From assembly GCA_038883775.1 (NCBI GenBank), contig JAVZLM010000007.1, positions 1 through 64,000 on the forward strand: a stretch of 64,000 nucleotides of DNA, written 5' to 3'. Below the pieces are notes generated by a model. The model had not been told where the DNA came from. It saw nothing but the letters and a program-made list of their open reading frames with translations, and did no database searches. A program made the translations under genes and the position numbers. This stretch comes from Candidatus Bathyarchaeia archaeon. GTDB taxonomy: Archaea; Thermoproteota; Bathyarchaeia; Bathyarchaeales; Bathycorpusculaceae. Shown piece by piece: positions 41,498 through 51,538 of the stretch (position 1 is the first letter of the stretch; each line of letters begins with the position of its first letter).

Positions 41498-42307
41498 ATG
41501 GTTCAGCCAATGGAAATAATCTGTGTTGGAAATGAGTTGCTAATTGGCAAAACATTAAACACAAACGCCCAATGGCTTGCCAAACGTGTCACATCCATGG
41601 GAATTACTGTCAAGCGAATAACGGTTGTAAGCGATGATGTTGAAGAAATTGCTAAAGCCGTAAAAGAAGCCTTACAGCGAAAGCCTCGTTTTCTAATAAC
41701 AACAGGCGGTTTGGGACCAACCTTCGACGACAAAACCTTGGAGGGAATCGCTAAGGCTCTAAATTGCAAATTGGAAGTTAATGAGGAGGCTTTGAAAATG
41801 GTTAGAGAAAAATATGAGGCTTACGCCAAAGCTGGAAGAATTGAAAGGGTGGAGTTGACACCACCAATGGTAAAAATGGCAAGGCTTCCAAAAGGAGCGG
41901 AACCATTACCAAACCCTGTTGGCACGGCTCCAGGCGTAAAAATTGATGTTGAAAAAACATTTTTGATTGCTTTGCCTGGTGTTCCATCAGAAATGGAAGC
42001 TATTTTTGAGGGATCTGTTGCGCCTCTTCTAAAAGGGGAGGTTGGGGAGGCTGTGTTTTTTGAAACAAGCATTTACGCTGATAACATTATGGAATCTTCA
42101 TTAGCGCCATTGATTGATAAGACAATGCATGACAACCCTTACGTTTATATAAAATCTCATCCAAAAGGCGAAGAGAAAAAGCCGCACATAGAAATCCACT
42201 TTTCAACAACAGCTGAAAACTCTAAAATCGCCAAAGACCGCATTGGAAAAGCCATAATTCAATTATCAGAGCTTGTGCAGAAAAGCGGCGGAAAAATCAG
42301 AACATAA
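41498..42307 (+). CDS. CinA N-terminal / molybdopterin-binding domain protein
   Basis: 'VGNELLIG..LNTNAQWL', 'TTGGLGPTFDD', 'NPVGTAPG' and 'LPGVPSEM'. Confidence 0.9.
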   Translation: MVQPMEIICVGNELLIGKTLNTNAQWLAKRVTSMGITVKRITVVSDDVEEIAKAVKEALQRKPRFLITTGGLGPTFDDKTLEGIAKALNCKLEVNEEALKMVREKYEAYAKAGRIERVELTPPMVKMARLPKGAEPLPNPVGTAPGVKIDVEKTFLIALPGVPSEMEAIFEGSVAPLLKGEVGEAVFFETSIYADNIMESSLAPLIDKTMHDNPYVYIKSHPKGEEKKPHIEIHFSTTAENSKIAKDRIGKAIIQLSELVQKSGGKIRT

Positions 42308-42323
42308 AGCGAATGTGAATAAA

Positions 42324-43102
42324 ATGCTTGCTGATTATCATATTCACACTGAGGTTTCGCTGGACGCCAAAGGCTCAATGGAGGAATATGCCAAAAAAGC
42401 AAAGCAGAAAAGATTAGTGAAATAGGTTTTTCAGAACACATAACATTCCACCACATTAAAAGGCGCCCTTTCGTACCCATAAATTCCGCTTACTTTCAAA
42501 ACTTCCTCAATTTAAAGGCTAATGCGGATTTGCCGGTGAAATTGGGCGCCGAAGTGGATTTCATCCCAAAATTTACTGAAAAAATTGAAGATTTTGTTAG
42601 AAAATTTCCTCTTGATTATGTTATTGGAGCTGTTCATTTTATTGGCGATTGTTCTGTTGATTCGCCATCACAAATTAACGAATACTTAAAAAGAGATATT
42701 CTAAAAACTTATGAGGAATATTTTAGTCTCGTCAAAAAATTATGCGAATGTCGGCTTTTCGACGTTTTGGCTCATCCAGACTTAATAAAAATTTTTGGAT
42801 TTAAACCAAAAACCGATTTCTCCCATCTTCTTAGGGAGGTTGCTGAAGCAATGGCAAAGTATAACGTTTGTGCCGAAATCAACACCAGCGGGTTGAGAAG
42901 ACCATGCAAAGAGATTTACCCAAGCGAACAATTTTTGAAAATATTACACAGCTACAACGTTCTCATAGTTTTTGGTTCATGGGCGTCTGAACCAAATGAA
43001 GTGGGTAGAAATTTCGAAGAAGCTAGAAAGTTAGCAAGGAAAATTGGTTATAGACAAGCTTGTGTTTTCAATCACAGAGAAAGGAAGATTATTGAAATCT
43101 AA
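42324..43102 (+). pseudogene. PHP-family histidinol-phosphatase (HisJ/HisK-like), frameshifted and with an inverted active-site motif
   Basis: ATG 42324 gives MLADYHIHT...KAKQK, then TAG. The -1 frame continues ISEIGFSEH...GAEVD...GAVH...AHPD...EINTSG. The final motif reads GSWAS instead of GSDAH. Confidence 0.85.
42971..42996. repeat. 9-bp perfect inverted repeat with 8-nt loop
   Basis: TTTGGTTCA-TGGGCGTC-TGAACCAAA. Confidence 0.95.
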
Positions 43103-43170
43103 CTATTTTGCTATTGATCATGAGTCCATAAGAGTCATAAATTAGTAAAACAATAAATTTTGAGAGTAAA

Positions 43171-44331
43171 ATGAAAACGCCGATTTTAAGGAATCTCATA
43201 ATATTAATGATTCTGCTTGCATTGGTCTATTCGTTTCCATGTTGTTTAGCGGAAACTTACAGCATTTCCTATCAAATTTTAGATGAACCTGAAGGTTCAA
43301 CATATTATAGGTTAAATGTTGAAATTCAACAATCACTCTACGAGTATTATAGCGGGAAAAGTCACACTTTAAGCTCAAACGCTGATTTTGCAAAATTTGT
43401 TACGCCTTATTCATTGAAGCCCATTGCAGATAATCTTTGGAAAATTTGTTCCGACGATGAAGATTTCGCTAACGGTGTGTTAATGATTGTGCATCAAATA
43501 CCATATGAAATTACTGAACCGGCGAAATATCCAATAGAAACAATGATGGAAAATAAAGGTGATTGCGACCTCTTTTCGTTTATTGCTGCATCAATTATGA
43601 AAGCTGGTGGGCTTGATGTTGTGCTTTTATATTACAAGGATAAGATACACATGAATGTTGGCGTCAGCCTTTCCCATACACCTTACGATGCAAGAGGACA
43701 AATTTACTATGTAATTCACAACAACGTTAAATATTACATAGCTGAATGTACTGGTTACTTTCAAGACGGATGGAGAGTCGGCGAGTGCCCAGAGAGTTTA
43801 AAGCAAGCTTCTGTGGAAATTATTACTCTTGAAAGCTGTGAAACATGGTCTCCGGGACAAGTTTCTGCAAGCTACAAAACCTTAATAGCATCAACAATTT
43901 CCCTCACTGTATCGCCAACATACATTATAAGCCAAGGCACAGTTACACTCAATGGAGAAATTTCACCAGCCCTACAAAATAAAACCGTCACCATTTACAT
44001 AAGCGTGAACAATTCGCCCTGGAAAGTTTTAGGCGCAACCACAACAGATTCTAATGGACGCTTCACATACGTTTGGAATGTGGAAACTTACAGTGGAGTC
44101 TGTTTCATTCGCGCCAGCTGGTCTGGGGATTATGATTATGCTGGAGCAGACAGCCCAATACAGACAATAACGGTATTATCTATGTTCTTCGTTTTGTTGT
44201 TGGCAGCTACCATGATTTTGGTTTGTATGGGCATGATCATATTCGTCACTTCACGGCAAGCTCAGCCAAAAATGCCAGAACCCCTTCTTAACAGAAAAAG
44301 TTTTACCAAACAGTTAAAGCATTGGTATTAA
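43171..44331 (+). CDS. Secreted transglutaminase-like cysteine protease domain plus Ig-like domain and C-terminal TM
   Basis: Signal peptide, 'KYPIET...GDCD', 'HMNVGV', 'YYIAECT', 'TTDSNGRF' and a TM anchor. Confidence 0.75.
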   Translation: MKTPILRNLIILMILLALVYSFPCCLAETYSISYQILDEPEGSTYYRLNVEIQQSLYEYYSGKSHTLSSNADFAKFVTPYSLKPIADNLWKICSDDEDFANGVLMIVHQIPYEITEPAKYPIETMMENKGDCDLFSFIAASIMKAGGLDVVLLYYKDKIHMNVGVSLSHTPYDARGQIYYVIHNNVKYYIAECTGYFQDGWRVGECPESLKQASVEIITLESCETWSPGQVSASYKTLIASTISLTVSPTYIISQGTVTLNGEISPALQNKTVTIYISVNNSPWKVLGATTTDSNGRFTYVWNVETYSGVCFIRASWSGDYDYAGADSPIQTITVLSMFFVLLLAATMILVCMGMIIFVTSRQAQPKMPEPLLNRKSFTKQLKHWY

Positions 44332-44347
44332 AAGTTAAGTGATAAAG

Positions 44348-45109
44348 ATGTTTACAGTTTTCATTATAGGGACAGCTGGCTCTGGAAAGTCTATGCTCAC
44401 ATCAGCCTTCAACGAATGGTTGAAGATGTCAAAACAAGATGTTGCAGTCGTAAACCTTGACCCTGGAGCTTTGACACTTCCATATACGCCAGACATGGAC
44501 ATTAGGGATTACGTGGACATTGAAAGCCTTATGGAAGAGTATGGTTTAGGACCAAACGGAGCATTAATAATGGCTGCAGATTTAATTGCAGACAAAATTG
44601 AAGAGATTTCCAAAGAAATTGAGGATTTAAGGTCTGACATAGTTTTGGTTGACACTCCGGGGCAGATGGAGTTATTCGCTTTTAGGGCAAGCGGACCCTA
44701 CATTGCCAGTGAGCTTACAAAGGAAAACAAAGCTATAGTTTACTTGTTTGACGCTGTTTTTTGCGTTAACCCGCTTAATTATGTTTCAAACCTTTTCCTT
44801 TCAGCCGCAGTCTACAACCGCTTCCTACTACCACAAGTGCATATCCTTTCAAAGTGCGATTTGCTTCCAAAAGAGGAAGTTGACAAGATTGTGGATTGGT
44901 CGGCTAATCCTAAGGCTTTGGAAAATGCCATCGAACAAAAACTTGAAGGAACCAAACGCTTACTCAGCAGAAACATGATGCTGGCAATTCACAAACTTGG
45001 TTTAAGATTTTTACTAATCCCAGTCTCGGCAAAAACCAACGAGGGAATGATAAACTTTAATATGGCATTGGAACGCATCTTGGCGGGAGGGGACAAATAT
45101 ACATACTAA
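44348..45109 (+). CDS. GPN-loop GTPase
   Basis: GTAGSGKS, NLDP, 'YGLGPNG' and DTPGQME. Confidence 0.95.
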   Translation: MFTVFIIGTAGSGKSMLTSAFNEWLKMSKQDVAVVNLDPGALTLPYTPDMDIRDYVDIESLMEEYGLGPNGALIMAADLIADKIEEISKEIEDLRSDIVLVDTPGQMELFAFRASGPYIASELTKENKAIVYLFDAVFCVNPLNYVSNLFLSAAVYNRFLLPQVHILSKCDLLPKEEVDKIVDWSANPKALENAIEQKLEGTKRLLSRNMMLAIHKLGLRFLLIPVSAKTNEGMINFNMALERILAGGDKYTY

Positions 45110-45729
45110 TTAAGCAGAGCCCACGCTGCAGCTAAAGCCCCATGATGAGCTTTCTCAGGGGTATTGGCACTAACAATAATTATAACGTCATTTTCCTCGG
45201 GTTTAAGAAAACTCAAAATCTGACTTGCAGCTTTCGGGAAATCTTCAGCCACATTATTACTAACGGATGGAATGATTAAGCGTTGCCCCTTAAAAAGTAA
45301 TGTAGTGGCGCTTTTCGCGCCCACCATCACGGCAGCATCCCGTTGTTCCATGCCAGATTTAACTTTGTGCGCATGATTTTTTACTAAAATTGCAAAATTA
45401 TACTCTGCAAGCGTCAATTCATTTTTCTCAATCTCGATTTTCTCTTTAAAAATTGTCTTATACTCTTTCCATAGGCTTAAACCCTTTTTTGTAAGAAGGC
45501 AACCAGCCGTGGAGACCGTAATTAAACCAGCCTTTTGCAGTCGATTAATTATAGTACGTACAGCCCCTTCCCCAACCTTCAAATTTTCAGCCAACATGCC
45601 ACGACCAATAGGCTGTTTAGCCATAACGTCTATCGCATTTAATATGTGAAAAAGCGAAAAGGTTGGAGATGGACCTGGAGCTCTTTCGCTTGCTATTTTT
45701 TCTAAAATTTGCTTAAATGCGTGAGACAT
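45106..45729 (-). CDS. wHTH plus DUF4443-like protein
   Basis: 'IGRGMLAENLKVGEGAVRTII' and 'GMEQRDAAVMVGAKSATT'. Confidence 0.75.
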   Translation of the reverse strand: MSHAFKQILEKIASERAPGPSPTFSLFHILNAIDVMAKQPIGRGMLAENLKVGEGAVRTIINRLQKAGLITVSTAGCLLTKKGLSLWKEYKTIFKEKIEIEKNELTLAEYNFAILVKNHAHKVKSGMEQRDAAVMVGAKSATTLLFKGQRLIIPSVSNNVAEDFPKAASQILSFLKPEENDVIIIVSANTPEKAHHGALAAAWALLN

Positions 45730-45810
45730 GATTTCACAATTATAGATTAAACCATCAATTATTAAAATTATTATTGTTTTAACGCAAAGAGGAAAGGCTA
45801 GAATAGAAAT

Positions 45811-46218
45811 TTAGAATTTGCCTTTTGCATAATATTCTCTAACTATGCCTGCGGTCAGCGCTACTAAACCTACTGTTAATAGGTAGATGAGCGGGTAAAT
45901 GAATATTGAAAGCAAATTTTCGTAAGTGACCGATGGCAGCTGCGGAGCAAAGAAGATTGAAATCCAAACAATGACGAAAGTCGCAATGCACCCAATTCCC
46001 AAGCCTACAGAAAGCCCATGAATGAAACCACTTCTATCCTCTACTTGATTACTTTGGTGCGGGTTTTTCTGTTTCATCTCTTCTTTTGGTGTTGGCATCT
46101 CCTCTGCAGCTTGATATTCTTCTTGCTCCATTTCCTCTTGTTGGATTTCCTCTTCACTTGTTGCCTCTTGGAGTTCAACTTCTTGGGCTTCTTGTTCAAT
46201 TTCTTGTTCGGTTTCCAT
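45811..46218 (-). CDS. Two-TM membrane protein with acidic Glu/Gln-rich N-terminal tail
   Basis: 'METEQEIEQEAQE...' followed by two hydrophobic helices. Confidence 0.75.
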   Translation of the reverse strand: METEQEIEQEAQEVELQEATSEEEIQQEEMEQEEYQAAEEMPTPKEEMKQKNPHQSNQVEDRSGFIHGLSVGLGIGCIATFVIVWISIFFAPQLPSVTYENLLSIFIYPLIYLLTVGLVALTAGIVREYYAKGKF

Positions 46219-46326
46219 AATATCCGCCCTTCATGTTTTTGTGTGGTCGTGAATTAATAAAATTATTCAATTTTAGATTCTTATTCAAAAACAGAATTTA
46301 AAATACATAAATCAGTCAAAATGTGA

Positions 46327-46593
46327 TTATTTTGAAACCAGTTTTGGCGCTAGTTGTTCTATGGCGCTTTTAAGTTTGTTCCATTCTTCTAAATTCCTTA
46401 TGTTAAACTTATGCTTTCTTTTCCAAGTTCCATTTCTGTTCTGCCACAAATACAAACCAATGGAACGCCTTCCAAAGGATTCGAAAACCACTATGGCCTC
46501 CCACCATTTTTCACTTTTGAAAATATTAACGTAATCAACAACCTTATAGAAACCAGATATGGGAAGCCTCTCCTCTGTCCCACTCAACAGCAT
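46327..46593 (-). CDS. Small protein, PC4/YdbC-like fold suspected
   Basis: A beta-rich stretch 'FGRRSIGLYLW...GTWK' followed by the helix 'LEEWNKLKSAIEQL'. Confidence 0.55.
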   Translation of the reverse strand: MLLSGTEERLPISGFYKVVDYVNIFKSEKWWEAIVVFESFGRRSIGLYLWQNRNGTWKRKHKFNIRNLEEWNKLKSAIEQLAPKLVSK

Positions 46594-46651
46594 TCACCTT
46601 CCTTTCTAAAGTTTGACCTTCAACTATTTTAAGTGTTTTAACAATAGCATG

Positions 46652-47677
46652 CTATAAGCGCTGGAAAATTCCATCAACAAGAACGTTCATGCATGAGCCC
46701 TTTTTGTCAAAAACCTTTACAGTAGGCTTTGATACGAGAAAATCCATGTGGTTTTTGGATTTGTTCTTGCCGCCTGGCATGTCAGAGTTGTTGCCAAAGG
46801 CTATGTGAACCGTGCCAAACATCTTTTCCGCTTCGAGAAACTCTTCGACAAATCTTGCCTTCTTGTTTATTCCAAAAGCAAATTCCCCAACCACATCAGA
46901 CCACTCATCAGTGTTAAGAGAGTTCCTAATTCTCTCTAGTGTTGGCGAATCTTCAGAAAAAGAGCTTTCTACTTTGCCTTTATAGACAGTTAATTTAACT
47001 GGAGTTTTTAGTGGTCCTATTCCGCCAACAGCCATGTCGCATACTAATGTGCCTTCAAGGGAATCTTCCAAGGGAGCGACGATAACTTCGCCTGTTGGCA
47101 GATTCATCCATTTCATGGTCTCCCAATCAATTGCAGTGTCTGTATAGAAGGGTCTTCCTTCAACGTTTAAGGAAACTTTTGTGCCAGCAGGATTTATAAT
47201 TTCTATACGTGTCACATTACTCAATTTTTGAACCAGGGTTTTTGCAAAATTTTGCATTTCTCTATGCTCTTTAACTGTTAGGGCTAAGGCACCTTCTGTT
47301 AGCATGTCTAAGGTAACGCCTGGACAATGACCTAAGCGTGTTTTGCGTTCCGCAGTTTCCATTTTTATAAGTGCTATTCTGAAGGGTGTTTCTTCACGAG
47401 AACCATGGAGAAGGTTAATGTAAATGTCTGGTTTGTATTTTGTTAAAATTTCCATGATTTGTGGCGGAATTTCTTTTCGAAAAACATTCGCATTAGTCTT
47501 AAGCGGTATTAGTCTTGTTTGCAAACCAAGGTTTAGGGCGCCATTTGTAAAGGCTTCACCAACATCAAGCTTTTCATAATCACAAAAAACGATTATAGTC
47601 TCGCCTTTCTTAGCTTCTAATACGCATTCTAAAGCGTTTCGAGCTGCTTCCCAAGCTTTCATAAACTTAAGCTCCAA
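46652..47677 (-). CDS. M29-like (thermophilic/leucyl) aminopeptidase
   Basis: NLPTGE, 'VGEFAFGIN', 'EAEK..GTVHIAFG' and HMD. Confidence 0.88.
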   Translation of the reverse strand: MELKFMKAWEAARNALECVLEAKKGETIIVFCDYEKLDVGEAFTNGALNLGLQTRLIPLKTNANVFRKEIPPQIMEILTKYKPDIYINLLHGSREETPFRIALIKMETAERKTRLGHCPGVTLDMLTEGALALTVKEHREMQNFAKTLVQKLSNVTRIEIINPAGTKVSLNVEGRPFYTDTAIDWETMKWMNLPTGEVIVAPLEDSLEGTLVCDMAVGGIGPLKTPVKLTVYKGKVESSFSEDSPTLERIRNSLNTDEWSDVVGEFAFGINKKARFVEEFLEAEKMFGTVHIAFGNNSDMPGGKNKSKNHMDFLVSKPTVKVFDKKGSCMNVLVDGIFQRL

Positions 47678-47732
47678 TCCTAACTAGAAATGGATGGTAA
47701 TAAGCCTTACAATCTAAATGAAAATTTTTATG

Positions 47733-48941
47733 CTAACAGGTTGGGATTTTTCCTTGTGCAAGCTCCATGCAGAATTTGTCTATGTTTTCAAGTTCATAAT
47801 TTAGCACGTCGCCTATTTCGCGCCTAACTTTTTCTATGGCGTTATTGCCCTTCATTATGACTTGGGCTGCCGCCACTTCCGGCTGGTCTATGGGGCTTCC
47901 GATTTTGCTCAGCAGCCAAATGTAAACTTCTTCAACTTCTGGCACTTCATCGTAAACGTGTTGGGCTATTCTATAGGTTAGAACATTGTAAATTTTCCCA
48001 ACATGGCTTACTGGGTTTTTGCCTGCTGCCGCTTCGGAACAGAATGGTCTGTTTAGGGATATTAAGCCGTTTACACGGTTTCCCCTTCCCACTTGCCCAG
48101 AGTCGCCGCTGTCTGCGCTTGTGCCCAAAACTGTTAGGTATAATCCTCCTAAGCCTCTTCCGCGAGCATCTAAAGTGTTTAGTTGAATGTTAACCGTTTC
48201 GAAGTCTGTGCTTGCCTTCACGAATTTTTCAGTTTCTTCGAGGATTCTTGCTTTCTTTTCGAAGTATTCTTCTTCGCTGTTTATGAAGCGGTCGACAAAA
48301 GCCATGGAGATTGTAAGGTTTAGGGCGTTGTTTACTCTGAAACCCATAACTTTTATGTCCTCGCCTGATTCGGGAAAACGCTGTTTAAAGTTTTGAGAGT
48401 TTAGAAATTTTTCTGTTTCCAAGACAATTTTTTCTGTTCTAGTCATTGGCGCATATCCAACAGCAGCGGAAGTGTCGTTGGCTCCTAAAACTTTTCCTTT
48501 TCGCCTAAAAATGTCCACAAGCCCAACGGAGCCGGGCTTCAGTTCCACCTGATATTTCAGATGCTTTTCAGGGTCTACAAAACGCATGTTCTTTCTGAAC
48601 CATTCTTTTGCAACACGTACAGCTATTTCTTTAACGTCTATTTTTGCACCGTTAAATTCTGATGTCGCTCTGTCGCCGAAAACAAAGAGCATGGGCTGTT
48701 TAACTATGCCTCCGCCAAATCTGGGTTCAGCCTCTCCAGCCACAAGGAGGGATTTGTCAACATTATGGTGAAGGATTGAACCCGTCTTTTCCAAGTATTC
48801 CTTGCTTAGGTTTATGGAAATTTGGTCCATTACAGCGTCGCAAATGTAATCTGGATGTCCAAGCCCTTTTCTCTCCACTATTTCTATGCGTTGCTTTTCA
48901 AGGGGCATCTGTTTTAGGTCTTCTACTATTATGTTCCGCAT
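47733..48941 (-). CDS. mat: S-adenosylmethionine synthetase, archaeal type
   Basis: [28 protein letters not shown], '[11 protein letters not shown]' and [13 protein letters not shown]. Confidence 0.97.
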   Translation of the reverse strand: MRNIIVEDLKQMPLEKQRIEIVERKGLGHPDYICDAVMDQISINLSKEYLEKTGSILHHNVDKSLLVAGEAEPRFGGGIVKQPMLFVFGDRATSEFNGAKIDVKEIAVRVAKEWFRKNMRFVDPEKHLKYQVELKPGSVGLVDIFRRKGKVLGANDTSAAVGYAPMTRTEKIVLETEKFLNSQNFKQRFPESGEDIKVMGFRVNNALNLTISMAFVDRFINSEEEYFEKKARILEETEKFVKASTDFETVNIQLNTLDARGRGLGGLYLTVLGTSADSGDSGQVGRGNRVNGLISLNRPFCSEAAAGKNPVSHVGKIYNVLTYRIAQHVYDEVPEVEEVYIWLLSKIGSPIDQPEVAAAQVIMKGNNAIEKVRREIGDVLNYELENIDKFCMELAQGKIPTC

Positions 48942-49037
48942 GGTAAACCTTTCCGCTGTGAAGTTTATGGATGTATGCGTAAAACAAATATATAATTTAC
49001 TGTATTAATTTATAAAAGAAATAACTGGTGGTTATTT

Positions 49038-49571
49038 TTGGCAGTTACAGGCTCCCTCATTAGAAAGTTAAGATTAGATGCGGGCTTAACCCAGAAAAGG
49101 CTTGCAGAACTCGTTGGTGTATCCCAAGCCCACATAGCAAAAATAGAGCAGGGAAAAGTTGACCCAAGACTTTCCACAATCAACAAGATTTTGGAAGTTT
49201 TGACGGAAGGAGGGAAGAGGAAATGTAAAGACATAATGACTGAAGGCGTCCTTTTTGCAAGACCAAACAATAACATCTTAAAAATAAGCGAGATCATGGT
49301 AAGAAATGCCATTTCGCAGATGCCCGTGCTGAATGGAAACAGAGTTGTTGGAACAATAACGGAAGAAAGCATAATCAGAAACTTGAGTTCAAACATAGCA
49401 AATGAGAAAGTAAAAAACATTATGGGTCCGCCCTTGCCAACAGTGTCAGAAGAAATGCCAATAGACGCAGTTCGTAAACTGCTTGAGAGACATCAAGGAA
49501 TATTAGTGGCAAGAGGCAAAGAAATTGTGGGAATAATCACGCGTTCAGACCTCCTAAAAACAATAGGCTAA
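49038..49571 (+). CDS. XRE-HTH plus CBS-pair transcriptional regulator
   Basis: 'LTQKRLAELVGVSQAHIAKIEQGKVDPRLST' followed by two CBS repeats. Confidence 0.92.
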   Translation: MAVTGSLIRKLRLDAGLTQKRLAELVGVSQAHIAKIEQGKVDPRLSTINKILEVLTEGGKRKCKDIMTEGVLFARPNNNILKISEIMVRNAISQMPVLNGNRVVGTITEESIIRNLSSNIANEKVKNIMGPPLPTVSEEMPIDAVRKLLERHQGILVARGKEIVGIITRSDLLKTIG

Positions 49572-49586
49572 AAAGGAGCGTTACTC

Positions 49587-50762
49587 ATGCAACTTCAAAA
49601 TTTTGAAAGAAAAGCAAATCAGGCAATTGCGGAGTTGAGGGCAAAAAAGCCCACAGAAGGCATAATAGTCCATCATGATGACGCTGACGGCTTATGCTCA
49701 GCAGCGATAACAAAAAGAGCCTTAGAACGGGAAGGAATAAAGCCCAAAACATTCTGCCTAGAAAAAGTTTACACAGAAGTCATCAAAGACTTACATTCAA
49801 GGAGTGGACAAACAATTTTTTATGTGGATATTGGCTCTTCGCACGCTGACATGATATCCGAATACAATAAGGGCAAAAACTTAACAATAATACTTGACCA
49901 TCACGACCCAAAACCAGCCACGGATCATCAAGTTTTTGATTTAAACCTTGAAAATTATGGATTTAGAGGCGAAACAGACTTTTCAGGAGCAACATGCTGC
50001 TACCTATTCGCAAAAACATTAAACCAAGCCAACATGGATTTGGGTTATTTGGCTTTAGTTGGAAGTTGTGAGATTCCGGAAGACTTTACGGGAATAAACA
50101 AGATGGTGTTAGAAGAAGCATGCAAGAATGGAATTGTTCAGCAGAGGGGCAAAAGCTTCGAAATAACCAAATTTAAAACACGCTTGGACTCGCTTTTCTC
50201 CAAACTTCAGATTTTGGGAGCCGTGGGATATTATGAGAAGGGCCCAGAAATTGGCGTAAACGCCTGCCTAGAAGGATTGAGCAAGGAAACTGAAGAACAG
50301 ATTAACGCCTTGGAAAATAAGCGTAAGGATGTTAACCGTCGCCTTTTGGGAAGGCTTTATCGTGAAAGGCTAAAGGAAACGGAACATATTCAATGGTTTG
50401 ACGCTGGAGACATGTACTCTGGCATGGGCACAAAAGTTATTGGACAATTCTGCTCTTTCTTGGCTTACCAAACACGTCTAATAAAACCTAACAAATACAT
50501 TTTAGGGTTTGTGAACGTCCCATCAGAAATCCCAAATTGGGGAAAACTAAAAGAAAAATTCGTTAAAGCTTCAGTTCGAGTGCCAAAAAATATGCAATCC
50601 TTAATCGATGAGGGAAAGCTTCCAGGCGCAGTAAACCTTTTGGATAAGGCTTCTGAGGGCTTTGGTGTTGCTGATGGGCATCAATACGCTGCAAATGTAA
50701 CAGTGCCTATTGATAAGAAACAAACATTAATTGAAAACGCTGAAAAAGCAATTAAAGACTGA
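49587..50762 (+). CDS. DHH-family phosphoesterase (RecJ-like)
   Basis: HHDDADG, DIGS, LDHH, 'ASVR' and 'DGH..AA'. Confidence 0.85.
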   Translation: MQLQNFERKANQAIAELRAKKPTEGIIVHHDDADGLCSAAITKRALEREGIKPKTFCLEKVYTEVIKDLHSRSGQTIFYVDIGSSHADMISEYNKGKNLTIILDHHDPKPATDHQVFDLNLENYGFRGETDFSGATCCYLFAKTLNQANMDLGYLALVGSCEIPEDFTGINKMVLEEACKNGIVQQRGKSFEITKFKTRLDSLFSKLQILGAVGYYEKGPEIGVNACLEGLSKETEEQINALENKRKDVNRRLLGRLYRERLKETEHIQWFDAGDMYSGMGTKVIGQFCSFLAYQTRLIKPNKYILGFVNVPSEIPNWGKLKEKFVKASVRVPKNMQSLIDEGKLPGAVNLLDKASEGFGVADGHQYAANVTVPIDKKQTLIENAEKAIKD

Positions 50763-51538
50763 TGAACCTCATGAGCGGACTTAATTTTAAATATGCAATT
50801 GTTCGACCAGTACCAAACTCTTATGACCGTTGCGTGAGGAATAATGTTGAAAGGATAGACGTTGCCCTCGCAAAAAAGCAGCATGCAGAATATTGCAAAG
50901 CGTTAGAGAGGCTTGGTTTGAAGCTTATTTGGGTGAAAGGTGATGATTCACTTCCCGACAGCTGTTTTGTGGAAGATACAGCCATAATAATTGGGGATAA
51001 AGCGATAATATGCAATATGAAAGTAAAGTCGAGAAGCCCAGAAGTAATTGAAGTTGCTAAAGTGTTAGAAAAATTAAAGGAAACTCACTATATTAGGCCT
51101 CCAGCCACCATTGATGGTGGGGATGTTCTCAAAATTGAAAACAAAATTTTTGTAGGGCTCTCAGAAAGAACTAACATCCAAGCTGTGCATCAAATTAAAA
51201 AAATTTTGAAAGAAAACTATGCGGAGATAGTTCCAGTGAGAGTTCAAAACGTGCTCCATCTAAAGTCTGCTTGTACCTATCTTGGAAATGATTATGTTAT
51301 TCTTTCAAAGGGACACTTTGATTTAGGCGTATTGCGAGGTTATGATAAAATTGTTGTTCCGAAAGGAGAGGAATACGCTGCTGATTGTCTCGCAATAAAT
51401 GGGACAGTTTTGATGGCTAAGGGCTATCCTAAAACTAGGAAAATGATAGAGATGGCGGGATTTTCTGTGAAAGAATTAGAGATGTCGGAATTTCGGAAGG
51501 GAGAAGGTGCCTTAACATGCCTCTCCATACTATTTTAG
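50762..51538 (+). CDS. Dimethylargininase / amidinotransferase family
   Basis: 'PDSCFVEDTA', DGGDVL, HLKS and 'GALTCLS'. Confidence 0.9.
   Translation: MNLMSGLNFKYAIVRPVPNSYDRCVRNNVERIDVALAKKQHAEYCKALERLGLKLIWVKGDDSLPDSCFVEDTAIIIGDKAIICNMKVKSRSPEVIEVAKVLEKLKETHYIRPPATIDGGDVLKIENKIFVGLSERTNIQAVHQIKKILKENYAEIVPVRVQNVLHLKSACTYLGNDYVILSKGHFDLGVLRGYDKIVVPKGEEYAADCLAINGTVLMAKGYPKTRKMIEMAGFSVKELEMSEFRKGEGALTCLSILF

Noticed and set aside
42389-42402. Classical A_AAA_AAG programmed -1 frameshift heptamer in the PHP gene
   Set aside because: The AAAAAAG is not in the required phase; the zero frame reads GCC AAA AAA GCA.
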